This document shows, in pieces, positions 18,554-27,073 of a stretch of 64,000 nucleotides of DNA. The position numbers were made by a program, and so were the translations under genes. A model generated the notes under the pieces. It was not told the DNA's origin. It saw only the letters and a list, made by a program, of their open reading frames with translations, and made no database searches. This DNA is from Candidatus Eiseniibacteriota bacterium (GTDB taxonomy: Bacteria; Eisenbacteria; RBG-16-71-46; JABDJR01), in assembly GCA_963762255.1 (NCBI GenBank), contig CAVXKA010000001.1:384001-448000 (forward strand), written 5' to 3'. Each line of letters begins with the position of its first letter. The stretch's first letter is position 1.

Positions 18554-19845
18554 CACCCCACCTCGCAAAGCTGGCCCCCTTGGGGGCAACCTTTCTCGAC
18601 ATGCGCCTCGTATTCGCTCCGGAACTTCTCGATCCCGCTCCGGATCGGGTTGATGGCGCCGTCGGCGAGCGCGCAGATCGTGCGCCCGCCTCCCATTTCG
18701 CTGCACAGGTCGAGGAGGAGGTCGATCTCCTCCCGCTTGGCCCCGCCGTGCTCGAAGCGATGCAGGATCCGCTCCGCCCAGTGCGTGCCCTCGCGACAGG
18801 GGGTGCACTGGCCGCACGACTCGTGGGCGAAGAATTGGGTGAGGATGAGCGTCGCGCCCACGATGCAGGTCGTCTCGTCCATCACCATCACCGCGGTGGA
18901 GCCCATGGCCGATCCCGCCTTGGCGATCGAATCGAAGTCGAGCGCGGTGTCGATCTGGTCGGCGGAGAGGATCGGGGTCGAGGCACCGCCCGGGATCACC
19001 GCCTTGAGCGCGCGGCCGTCGCGCATGCCGCCGCAGTGGTCGTAGATCAGCTCGCGGAGCGTCACCCCCATCTCGAGCTCGTAGAGCCCCGGCTTTACCA
19101 CGTGGCCGCTCACGTTGAAAATGCGAGGCCCCGTCGAGTTCGTCACCCCGGTGGCGGCGAACCACTGGCCGCCCTTCATGACGATGGCGGGGATCGAGGC
19201 CAGGGTCTCCACGTTGTTGATCACGGTGGGGCCGCCGTAGAGGCCGACCACCGCCGGGAAGGGGGGCTTCAGGCGCGGATGACCGCGCTTGCCCTCGATG
19301 GAGTCCAGAAGGCCGGTCTCCTCGCCGCAGATGTAGGCGCCGGCGCCCGCGACCACGGCGAGGTCGCAGTCCCAACCGCTCCCCAGGATGTTCTTGCCCA
19401 GGTAGCCGGCGGCGTAGGCCTCGCGCACCGCGTCGGAGACGCGATGAATGGGGAGCCCGTACTCGCCGCGGATGTAGATGAAGGCCTGCTTGCTCTCGAT
19501 GGCGTAGGCGGCCAGGAGCACGCCCTCGATCAGGAGGTGCGGGTCGCGCTCGAGAATGATGCGGTCCTTGAACGTGCCGGGTTCGCTCTCGTCGGCGTTG
19601 CATGCCACGTAGCGCGGCTTGGGGATGTTCTTGGGCACGAAGCCCCACTTGGCTCCGGCGGGGAAGCCCGCGCCGCCGCGCCCGCGGATCCCCGAATCCT
19701 TCACGACCTGGATGACCTGGTCGGGCTTGTACTCTTTGAGCGCCTTGCGCAGGGCCTGGTAGGCCCCGTTCTGCTCGGCCACCGCGAGGGTGAAGGAGCG
19801 CGGCCTGTCGACGTTGGCGGTGGTGATCCGGAGCGCCTTGCTCAC
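18550..19845 (-). CDS. nuoF: NADH-quinone oxidoreductase subunit F
   Basis: GRGGAGFP, NADESEPGTFKDR, GAYICGEET and ESCGQCTPCREG..ICAL motifs. Confidence 0.95.
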   Translation of the reverse strand: MSKALRITTANVDRPRSFTLAVAEQNGAYQALRKALKEYKPDQVIQVVKDSGIRGRGGAGFPAGAKWGFVPKNIPKPRYVACNADESEPGTFKDRIILERDPHLLIEGVLLAAYAIESKQAFIYIRGEYGLPIHRVSDAVREAYAAGYLGKNILGSGWDCDLAVVAGAGAYICGEETGLLDSIEGKRGHPRLKPPFPAVVGLYGGPTVINNVETLASIPAIVMKGGQWFAATGVTNSTGPRIFNVSGHVVKPGLYELEMGVTLRELIYDHCGGMRDGRALKAVIPGGASTPILSADQIDTALDFDSIAKAGSAMGSTAVMVMDETTCIVGATLILTQFFAHESCGQCTPCREGTHWAERILHRFEHGGAKREEIDLLLDLCSEMGGGRTICALADGAINPIRSGIEKFRSEYEAHVEKGCPQGGQLCEVGW

Positions 19846-20501
19846 TGCCCCTCCTCCTTCGTCACCGCGGGGGCGGCTTCGGCGGCCGCCTCACCCGGCG
19901 CCGGCGGCACCGCCAGGTGCATCATGATCGCCTCGCTCGCGGTGGGGATCGCCTTGCCGTCGCTTCCCCGCTCCGGCACGATCCCGTCCATCTCCAAGTA
20001 GCCTGCCGGCGCGATGGGCGGCATCTCGTCGCGCCGCAACGCATCCAGAATCGCGTCCACATCGGCACGGCTCAGGTTCTCGAAGTAATAGGGCCCGATC
20101 TGCATCATCGGGGCGTACCCGCAGGCGCCGAGACACTCCGCCTCGAGCAGGGTGAACTTGCCGTCGGGGGTGGTCTCGCCCACCTTGATCCCGAGCGTGC
20201 GCTCGAGGTGGTCCACCATCTTCTGCGCTCCACTCAGGGCGCAGGACAGGTTGCGGCAGACCTCGATCTTGTATCGACCGCGCGGCACCAGGTCGAACAT
20301 GGTGTAGAAACCCACCACCTCGGCGGTCATGTTGTGGGGGAGGTCCAGAAGGTCCGCCACCATCACGAGCGTCTCCGCGTCGAGGTGGCCGGCGTCGGCC
20401 TGCGCGTAGTGAAGCGCGGCCATGACCGCCGACCGGCGCTGCGGGTAGCGGTCCCGGAGAGCGCGGATCTTCTCCTGGGTCTCTGCCGAAAGCTTTGCCA
20501 T
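19842..20501 (-). CDS. nuoE: NADH-quinone oxidoreductase subunit E
   Basis: 2Fe-2S ligands VCRNLSC and ECLGAC. Confidence 0.93.
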   Translation of the reverse strand: MAKLSAETQEKIRALRDRYPQRRSAVMAALHYAQADAGHLDAETLVMVADLLDLPHNMTAEVVGFYTMFDLVPRGRYKIEVCRNLSCALSGAQKMVDHLERTLGIKVGETTPDGKFTLLEAECLGACGYAPMMQIGPYYFENLSRADVDAILDALRRDEMPPIAPAGYLEMDGIVPERGSDGKAIPTASEAIMMHLAVPPAPGEAAAEAAPAVTKEEGQ

Positions 20502-20587
20502 GGTTCCTCTTCGTCGCTCCCCCGACCCGCGCGATTCCCCCGGCCGGATCGACGGCGAGGGACGGCGTCAGGGCGCGATGGGTGCCC

Positions 20588-21217
20588 TCAGTCCTTGAGG
20601 GCGTCGATGCCGGCCGGGAACCCGGTCAGCGGGAAGTCCTTGCGCAGCGGATGGTGCTGGTAGTCGTCCGGCATCAGAATCCGCCTGAGGTCGGGGTGGC
20701 CGCGGAAGCGGATCCCCATGAGGTCGAACACCTCGCGCTCGGCGTAGTCCGCGCCGAGCCACAGAGGCACAACCGAATCGATCTCGGGTGTCTCCCCCGA
20801 TACCGGGCACTTCACGCGGAAACGAATCGCCTGGTCGAGATTGAGCAGGTGGTAGACCACCATGAAGCGGGGCTCCTCGGGGTAGAGATCCACCGAGGTC
20901 ACGTCGTGACACATCCGGTAGCCCCAGGTGTCGCGAAGGAACTGCATGAACTCGAGAACCCGGTCGGGCTTCAGAACCGCGGTCCACTCGCCGCGGAAAT
21001 GCACGATCTGGAGAAGCTCCGAACCGAACTGCTCGCGCAACGCGAGCGCGGTGCGCTCAGCGTACTCGAGATCGGTCCGGGAAGAGGTCCGGGCGGGCTC
21101 CGCCGGCGGGGCTTCGGCGCCCTCCGCCCTGGCGCGAATGCCGTAGGGCGAAAGTCCGGCGGGAGTGTAGGGCCCGCCGTAGCGCTTACCCTGTGCGTTC
21201 TTCGACTCAGGCTTCAT
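20588..21217 (-). CDS. nuoC: NADH-quinone oxidoreductase subunit C
   Basis: ATG 21217 after GGAG; RFMVVYHL and EREVFDLMGIRFRGHPDLRRILMPDDYQHHPLRKDFP motifs; no fused NuoD part. Confidence 0.93.
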   Translation of the reverse strand: MKPESKNAQGKRYGGPYTPAGLSPYGIRARAEGAEAPPAEPARTSSRTDLEYAERTALALREQFGSELLQIVHFRGEWTAVLKPDRVLEFMQFLRDTWGYRMCHDVTSVDLYPEEPRFMVVYHLLNLDQAIRFRVKCPVSGETPEIDSVVPLWLGADYAEREVFDLMGIRFRGHPDLRRILMPDDYQHHPLRKDFPLTGFPAGIDALKD

Positions 21218-21605
21218 GGTTGGTCTCCTGAAGGAGCCGGTCGCGCTGCGGTCCCCACTCCAGAGCCCCCATGCGCCACACGTACGCGTACCCCACGAGC
21301 AGGATACCCAGGAAGACCAGCATCTCCAGGAAGAGGAACATGGCCTGCTGGCGGAAGATGACGGCCCATGGATAGAGGAAGACGGTTTCCAGATCAAAGA
21401 CGATAAAGAGCATCGCCACGACATAAAAACGGACGCTATATCGCTCCCGCGCGTCGCCCACCGGCGGCATGCCGCACTCGTAGGGCGCATTCTTGGAGGC
21501 GTCCGGTTTCGAGGGGCCGAGGATCCAGGCGAGAACCAGCGCCACGACGGCGAAGCCGCCCGTCAGGATCAACATGACCAGAATCGGTACGTAGAGTGTG
21601 GCCAT
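21207..21605 (-). CDS. nuoA: NADH-quinone oxidoreductase subunit A
   Basis: PYECG and FYVVAMLFIVFDLETVFLYPWA motifs. Confidence 0.95.
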   Translation of the reverse strand: MATLYVPILVMLILTGGFAVVALVLAWILGPSKPDASKNAPYECGMPPVGDARERYSVRFYVVAMLFIVFDLETVFLYPWAVIFRQQAMFLFLEMLVFLGILLVGYAYVWRMGALEWGPQRDRLLQETNHEA

Positions 21606-21680
21606 AGGTGCTCTTCAGTACCCCCCACCCCCGGTCCCGAAGAGGCGATCCTATCCGGCAACCCACTGCGAGGGATTCAC

Positions 21681-21698
21681 TTGTGAAACTTTGCACAA
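21681..21698. promoter_or_regulatory. Rex-type operator upstream of nuoA
   Basis: TTGTGAAACTTTGCACAA has one mismatch to TTGTGAA-N4-TTCACAA and lies just downstream of the predicted transcription start. Confidence 0.75.
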
Positions 21699-21708
21699 AC
21701 GACGGGCG

Positions 21709-21737
21709 AGTCTAGGTCGGGCCCCGGGGAGTGTCAA
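21709..21737 (-). promoter_or_regulatory. Sigma70-type promoter of the nuo operon
   Basis: Minus strand TTGACA-17 nt-TAGACT. Confidence 0.75.
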
Positions 21738-22384
21738 TCTGATTCTGGGGCGGCGCGGTCCGGTTTGCCCTCCCGCACGGGCTTGGCGCCGTTTTCGAAG
21801 CGTTCCAGATCTGCGGGGGTGTTGATGTTCGCCAGCGATCGGGCGGTCTCTTCCGCGCCGGCCGGGAGGACCCTGGTCGCGGCCTCGTCGAGGACCCGCT
21901 GGAGGGGAACCTCCCCGGGGAGGGCGGCCAGGAGCGGGGCTAGGGACCGGTGGTAGAGACCGGGCAGGGGGTGGCGGCGCCCCGAGGCCTCTCCGAAGCA
22001 GACCGCCCGGACGGCTGGGGGCTCTTCGGGGGGCAGCGCGGCGAGAAGCGTCCGCAACAGCGGGGGGTCCACCCCCGGCATATCGTTACCCAGTAATAAG
22101 ATCCATGGTGTAGCGCTGGCCTCCATCGCGGCGCGCAGACCCTCGGCGGGGCCCAGGCCGGGCCGCTCCGAGCTGACCACGTCCACCCCGAACCCGTTGT
22201 ACGGACCGGGCTCCGAGGCCACCACCCGGGGCCGCAGACCCAGGGCCTTCAGAGCCGCGACCGCCCGCGCCAGGAGAGGTCGGCCGGTGATCGGGGCCAG
22301 GGCCTTGTCCGTGCCGAACCGGCTCGACCGCCCACCTGCCAGCACGAACCCCTCCACCCGGCTCGCCAGATGCTTTTCTGACAT
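21734..22384 (-). CDS. mobA: Molybdenum cofactor guanylyltransferase
   Basis: LAGGRSSRFGTDKA, GP..G, DMP and NINTPADL motifs. Confidence 0.88.
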   Translation of the reverse strand: MSEKHLASRVEGFVLAGGRSSRFGTDKALAPITGRPLLARAVAALKALGLRPRVVASEPGPYNGFGVDVVSSERPGLGPAEGLRAAMEASATPWILLLGNDMPGVDPPLLRTLLAALPPEEPPAVRAVCFGEASGRRHPLPGLYHRSLAPLLAALPGEVPLQRVLDEAATRVLPAGAEETARSLANINTPADLERFENGAKPVREGKPDRAAPESD

Positions 22385-22455
22385 GCGTTTGACCCCGCGC
22401 CGTTCCTTACCTAGACTGCTGCCGGTTTTCCACTCGGTTTCCCGGAGGGTATGCC

Positions 22456-24222
22456 TTGCCCCAAGAGGATCGCAAACCGGCCGGAGGCGGCTCGTTTCCC
22501 CATCGTCTCCGTCGGTCCCTGCAACTGACGCCGGGACGGTTCCGCGGCATCGACCGTTGGGCCGGGATCGCCTCGTGGATGCTCATCATCGTCATCATCC
22601 TCGGGCAGGGCTACCAGCTCCGTCTGCTCCAACGCTACCCCGTCAGCCAGGCGGTGGCGATCCTCCTCGTCGTGCTCGTGATTGCGCGGCTCTTGCTCGA
22701 CGCGCTGGGCACCCCCCGCCCCCGCCCGTTCTTCAGGGCACATTGGCTGGAGCTCGTGCTTCTCGGGCTCATGGCCGTCACACCGATCACCTTCTGGGCC
22801 ATCGGATTCCTCCTCGCTCTGCGGGTGCTCATCCGGGCGGGGTCGCGGCTTCTTACTTCACCTTCCGGACGCGGCTTCCTGCTCGGCGTGGCCCATAGCC
22901 CCGCCCGCACCATCGCAACCAGCTTTCTCGGCGCGATCGGCGGCGGCACGCTCCTGCTCACCTTCCCCGGAGCCTCGGCGAGCGGCGAGTCCGCCCCCCT
23001 CATCACCGCGCTCTTCACGTCCACCTCCGCGGTGTGCGTGACCGGGCTCACGGTGGTGGACACCCCCGTCTACTGGTCGACTTTCGGGCAATGGGTGATT
23101 CTGCTGCTCATCCAGGTGGGGGGGTTGGGCATCATGAGCCTGAGCGCGTCGGCGGCCCTCGTCTTCGGACGCAGCTTTGGCGCCAGCTCGCGGGGACTCT
23201 TCGAGGAGGCCTACGAGGAGACCGCCAAGCGGGACATCACCCACCTCCTGCAGTTCATCGTGGCCTTCACCTTCGTCACCGAGATCGTCGGGGCGCTCGT
23301 GCTCGGCCTGCACTGGTCACGACACATGCCGCTCTTGAGCGCGCTCTACCACGGGCTCTTTCATTCCGTCTCCGCCTTCTGCAATGCCGGCTTCTCCACC
23401 TTCTCCAACAACCTCGCCGGGTGGGTGAGCGATCCCGTGGTGACGTTCGCGGTGACCCTCCTCATCATCATCGGCGGCATCGGCTTCACGGTCGCGATGA
23501 GCCTCCTCGGTCTCGCCCGCCACCCGCTCCATCCGGTGCTGTGGTGGCGCCGGGAGCGCACCCATACGAAGCTCGTGCTGACCGCGACCGCGGTCCTGAT
23601 CGTGACGGGCACCCTTGCTTACTTCTTCTTCGAGTACGAGAGTTCGCTGGCCGGACTGCCGCTGGGCTCGAAGCTCCTCGCTTCCTACTTCCAATCGGTG
23701 ACCGCCCGCACCGCCGGGTATAACACCGTCGATATCGCCGCCACCGCGCCCATCACCGCTACCATCGTCATCGTGCTGATGTTCATCGGAGGATCGCCCG
23801 GAGGCACCGCGGGCGGCGTCAAGACCACCACCATGGGCATTCTCATCCTGTCCCTGCGCTCCCTCTTGCGTGGACGGCGCGATGTCGAGGTCTTCGGGCG
23901 GAGGATCCCCGACGAGACGTTGCTCAGAGCGGTCTCGGTGACCCTCTTGGGCGGCACGCTCCTCGGCCTGGGCGCGATGGGCCTCTTTCTGGTCGAGGTG
24001 AACAAGAACTACCTCGACCTGCTGTTCGAATCGGTGTCGGCGTTCGGCACGGTGGGGCTCTCGCGCGGAGTTACCCCGACGTTGACACCTATGGGACAGC
24101 TGATCATCATCTCGCTCATGTTCGTGGGACGCACCGGCCCGCTCACCCTCGCTTTCGCGGTGGGCAAGTCCGGCGCGCGCACGTTCTACCGCTACCCCGA
24201 CGGGAAGATCCTGGTGGGGTAG
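22456..24222 (+). CDS. trkH: Trk/Ktr potassium uptake membrane subunit with N-terminal TM extension
   Basis: SAVCVTGL, SAFCNAGF, TARTAGY, GGSPGGTAGGVKTTT and SAFGTVGLS pore motifs. Confidence 0.9.
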   Translation: MPQEDRKPAGGGSFPHRLRRSLQLTPGRFRGIDRWAGIASWMLIIVIILGQGYQLRLLQRYPVSQAVAILLVVLVIARLLLDALGTPRPRPFFRAHWLELVLLGLMAVTPITFWAIGFLLALRVLIRAGSRLLTSPSGRGFLLGVAHSPARTIATSFLGAIGGGTLLLTFPGASASGESAPLITALFTSTSAVCVTGLTVVDTPVYWSTFGQWVILLLIQVGGLGIMSLSASAALVFGRSFGASSRGLFEEAYEETAKRDITHLLQFIVAFTFVTEIVGALVLGLHWSRHMPLLSALYHGLFHSVSAFCNAGFSTFSNNLAGWVSDPVVTFAVTLLIIIGGIGFTVAMSLLGLARHPLHPVLWWRRERTHTKLVLTATAVLIVTGTLAYFFFEYESSLAGLPLGSKLLASYFQSVTARTAGYNTVDIAATAPITATIVIVLMFIGGSPGGTAGGVKTTTMGILILSLRSLLRGRRDVEVFGRRIPDETLLRAVSVTLLGGTLLGLGAMGLFLVEVNKNYLDLLFESVSAFGTVGLSRGVTPTLTPMGQLIIISLMFVGRTGPLTLAFAVGKSGARTFYRYPDGKILVG

Positions 24223-24304
24223 GCGCCCTGCCGCGCACGTGCGCGACGCGACGCCGAACGCGGAGTCTTTCTTTGGGCGCCCCGCGGCGCCGGACTGAGA
24301 ACCC

Positions 24305-25000
24305 ATGGAACGCTACGTCGTGATCGGCCTCGGCGCTTTCGGCGGCCCGGTAGCCCGTCGGCTTGCCGAGCGCGGCCAGGACGTGCTCGCCATCGACAAG
24401 AACGGGCGGCTGGTCGAAGAGGTCAAGGACCATGTCTCGCGCGCCGTGGTGGCCGACGCCACCGATCGCGACACCCTCGAGGCGCTGGGCGTGGCCGAGT
24501 TCACGACCGGCGTGGTGGCGATCGGCGAGCATCGCGAGGCCAACATCCTGGTCTCCGCGCTCCTGCGCGAACTCGGCCTTCCACGCATCGTCGCCCGCGC
24601 CACGAGCCCGCTGCACGCGCGCATTCTCACCGCGGTCGGCGTGCACAAGGTGATCTCGCCGGAGGAGGACTATGGGGCGCAGCTCGCCGACACGCTCGTC
24701 TCTTCGGTGACGCTCGAGCGCTTCCCGCTCGCCGAGGGGATCCTGGTCGCGGAACTTCCGATGCACCCGAACATGGTCGGCCGCACTCTTCGCGATCTCA
24801 GCCTGCGCGAGCGGTTCGGCGTGAACGTGGTGGCGTTGCGCGTCAAGCGGCGAACGGTGGATGACGAGGGACAGATCCAGGAGACGACCGAAGTGACGAG
24901 CTTCCCCGAGCCCGATCAGGCGCTCTCGGAAGGAACCGTGCTGGTGGTCATCGGTTCGGAGGAGGCGATCGACGCTCTAACCGGAGCGTTCGGTCGCTAG
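24305..25000 (+). CDS. trkA: Trk/Ktr potassium uptake RCK subunit (KtrA/TrkA)
   Basis: VIGLGAFG Rossmann motif plus TrkA-C domain; follows trkH. Confidence 0.9.
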   Translation: MERYVVIGLGAFGGPVARRLAERGQDVLAIDKNGRLVEEVKDHVSRAVVADATDRDTLEALGVAEFTTGVVAIGEHREANILVSALLRELGLPRIVARATSPLHARILTAVGVHKVISPEEDYGAQLADTLVSSVTLERFPLAEGILVAELPMHPNMVGRTLRDLSLRERFGVNVVALRVKRRTVDDEGQIQETTEVTSFPEPDQALSEGTVLVVIGSEEAIDALTGAFGR

Positions 25001-25002
25001 CA

Positions 25003-26346
25003 ATGTCTCCCCTCAGCAGCAGCCCCTGGCAGGAACGGGTTCTTCCCCGACGGCGCACGCTCACCGTGCGAGCGAAGCTGGTCTGGACGCTCACCCTGCT
25101 CGTGCTCCTCTCCCTCATACCCGTGGCCGGCTCGTTGGTGGCGCTCCACCGAGCCCGCACCGCCATCTCGACCATCCTGCGGACCGGGATCGATCCCTCG
25201 CTCCTCGTCGACGACGTCCAACTCGCACTGGCCCAGGCGAGGCTGGCCCGTCTCGACTTCCTGTTCACCGGAGAGGCGATCCGCGGCGAGGACGCAGCGG
25301 ACGCGGCGGGATTCGTGCGGATCCTCGTGGAGGGCGCCCGCGAATCCTGGCCCTACGACACCGAGGAATTCGACCGCCTGTTGATCCTCGCGCGCACCTA
25401 CGAGAACGCCTCGCGGGAGATGGTGGCCATCGGACCTCCCCCGCGACCGCAGCTTGTCCTCTCTCACGTCAAGCAGGTGGAGGAGGCTCGGTCGCGCTTC
25501 CTGACCCTTCGGTCGCAGGCGGAGCGGGCCCGCACGTCGCGCGAGAGGGATGCCGCGCTTCGAGAGGCGCGCGCCCTCCTGCTCAACCTCGACGACACCG
25601 TCTACATCACGGTGGGACCGGGAACCCCCGCGGACTCCCTCCTGCAAGCGGTGATCCGATCGGAAGCGCGCATCGAGGACATCTCCCACGCGGTGTACGC
25701 GCAGGCCATCCGCCACCTGACGCAGCAGCGCACAGGGCTCGAACGCGCGCTCTCGCTCACCGTGCGCAATCTCATCTCGATCATCTTCGTTGCGCTCGTC
25801 CTCGCCTTGGCGGTCGCTTTCACCGCCCCCAAGTGGATCCTCCTCCCCATCCGCCGGCTCACCCGCCTCATCCATTACGCGCGCACCTCGGGGCCGCGCC
25901 CCAGCGCGATCCCGGTCGGTAACGACGAGGTCGGCCAATTGGCCGGATTCCTCCAGGAGCACCTCGATCAGGACCGTGAGGTGGAGGAGACACGGCGGCG
26001 GTTCCATCGCGCGGGGGTGCAGCGCGTCGAGGCGCTGGCGGAAGGCGGCGATTACTACGTGGCCGGGATCGCGCCCCAGGACCACCTCGCCTTCGTGAGC
26101 CGCGGCTTGCGCGACGCCCTGGGGATTCAGGCGCTGGCCTCGGTGGCGCTCCCCTTCGACCAGGTGTGGCCGGATCCCGCGCTCATCGAGGCGGTGCGAA
26201 CGTTTCGCGGCGAGCCGGAGGACGAAAAGACGATCACGTTGTCCCGCGACCCGTTCAAGGGGCGCTCGGCGAACCTGGTGCGAAGCCGCGCCGGGGACCG
26301 CGCGGAGGCGGAGATCCTCGTCCTCGTCAAGCGCGACGCGGACTGA
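25003..26346 (+). CDS. Membrane sensor-like protein (helical periplasmic domain, HAMP, PAS-like tail) without kinase core
   Basis: Two TM helices; PIRRL..NDEVGQLA HAMP motif; no H-box or ATPase boxes. Confidence 0.7.
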   Translation: MSPLSSSPWQERVLPRRRTLTVRAKLVWTLTLLVLLSLIPVAGSLVALHRARTAISTILRTGIDPSLLVDDVQLALAQARLARLDFLFTGEAIRGEDAADAAGFVRILVEGARESWPYDTEEFDRLLILARTYENASREMVAIGPPPRPQLVLSHVKQVEEARSRFLTLRSQAERARTSRERDAALREARALLLNLDDTVYITVGPGTPADSLLQAVIRSEARIEDISHAVYAQAIRHLTQQRTGLERALSLTVRNLISIIFVALVLALAVAFTAPKWILLPIRRLTRLIHYARTSGPRPSAIPVGNDEVGQLAGFLQEHLDQDREVEETRRRFHRAGVQRVEALAEGGDYYVAGIAPQDHLAFVSRGLRDALGIQALASVALPFDQVWPDPALIEAVRTFRGEPEDEKTITLSRDPFKGRSANLVRSRAGDRAEAEILVLVKRDAD

Positions 26347-26388
26347 TCGACGCCCGAACGGCGCCGCGCCGCTCTCCGGCAGGTTCGA

Positions 26389-27012
26389 TCAGCTCCCCAA
26401 GAGGTTCTTGATGTCCTGCTCGTAGACCGAGCCAGGGTAGAGCCCCACGTATTTCTTGTAGATCTTCCCGTCCTGGCTGATGACGAACGCGGTCGGAATG
26501 CCGGTGACCCCGCCGAAGTCGTTCACGATCTTCTGGGTTCCCATGAGCACCGGATAGTTCATCTGGTAACGCGCCACAAACGGTTTCACGATCGACGGAC
26601 CCTGCTGATCGAGCGAAACCCCGACGATCTCCACGCCCTTGTCCTTGTAGGCCGCGTAGAGCTTGTTGAGTTCGGGGATCCCCTTGCGGCAGGGGCCGCA
26701 CCAGGTTGCCCAGAAGTCCACGATGACGACCTTCCCCTTGAACTGGGCGCTCTCCACCGGTCTCCCTGCAAGGTCGACCAGCGACCAGGCGGGGGCAGGC
26801 TTGAGCTGGCTGGTGTCGACTGCGGGCCTGGCCTGCTGGGTGGCGCCGACCGGAGTCGTGGTCGCCTCGGCGGTCGCCAGGTCGGCATTGGCGGCGACGG
26901 CGGGCTTCCCGGCCTCCTCGGCGGCGGACTCGCGAGATGTGTCCCGGCCTGCACCGCATCCCGCCAAGAGGGCGAGGGCGACGACGGCGATCACAGTGAT
27001 TCGGTGCAGCAT
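26389..27012 (-). CDS. TlpA/ResA-family thiol:disulfide oxidoreductase lipoprotein
   Basis: ATG 27012; lipobox LAGC; VDFWATWCGPC and GIPT motifs. Confidence 0.9.
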   Translation of the reverse strand: MLHRITVIAVVALALLAGCGAGRDTSRESAAEEAGKPAVAANADLATAEATTTPVGATQQARPAVDTSQLKPAPAWSLVDLAGRPVESAQFKGKVVIVDFWATWCGPCRKGIPELNKLYAAYKDKGVEIVGVSLDQQGPSIVKPFVARYQMNYPVLMGTQKIVNDFGGVTGIPTAFVISQDGKIYKKYVGLYPGSVYEQDIKNLLGS

Positions 27013-27073
27013 GGTTCCTCCGTTCCAGGGGCCCAATCGTGACGTGGGAGAGACAGTATAAGCGATGGTTTGG

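Noticed and set aside
17555-19648. 697-aa ORF suggesting an N-terminally extended or fused NuoH
   Set aside because: The upstream part is an alternative frame inside nuoF; NuoH starts at GTG 18553.
20502-20587. Remnant of nuoD between nuoC and nuoE
   Set aside because: The gap is only 86 nt and I saw no recognisable NuoD motif.
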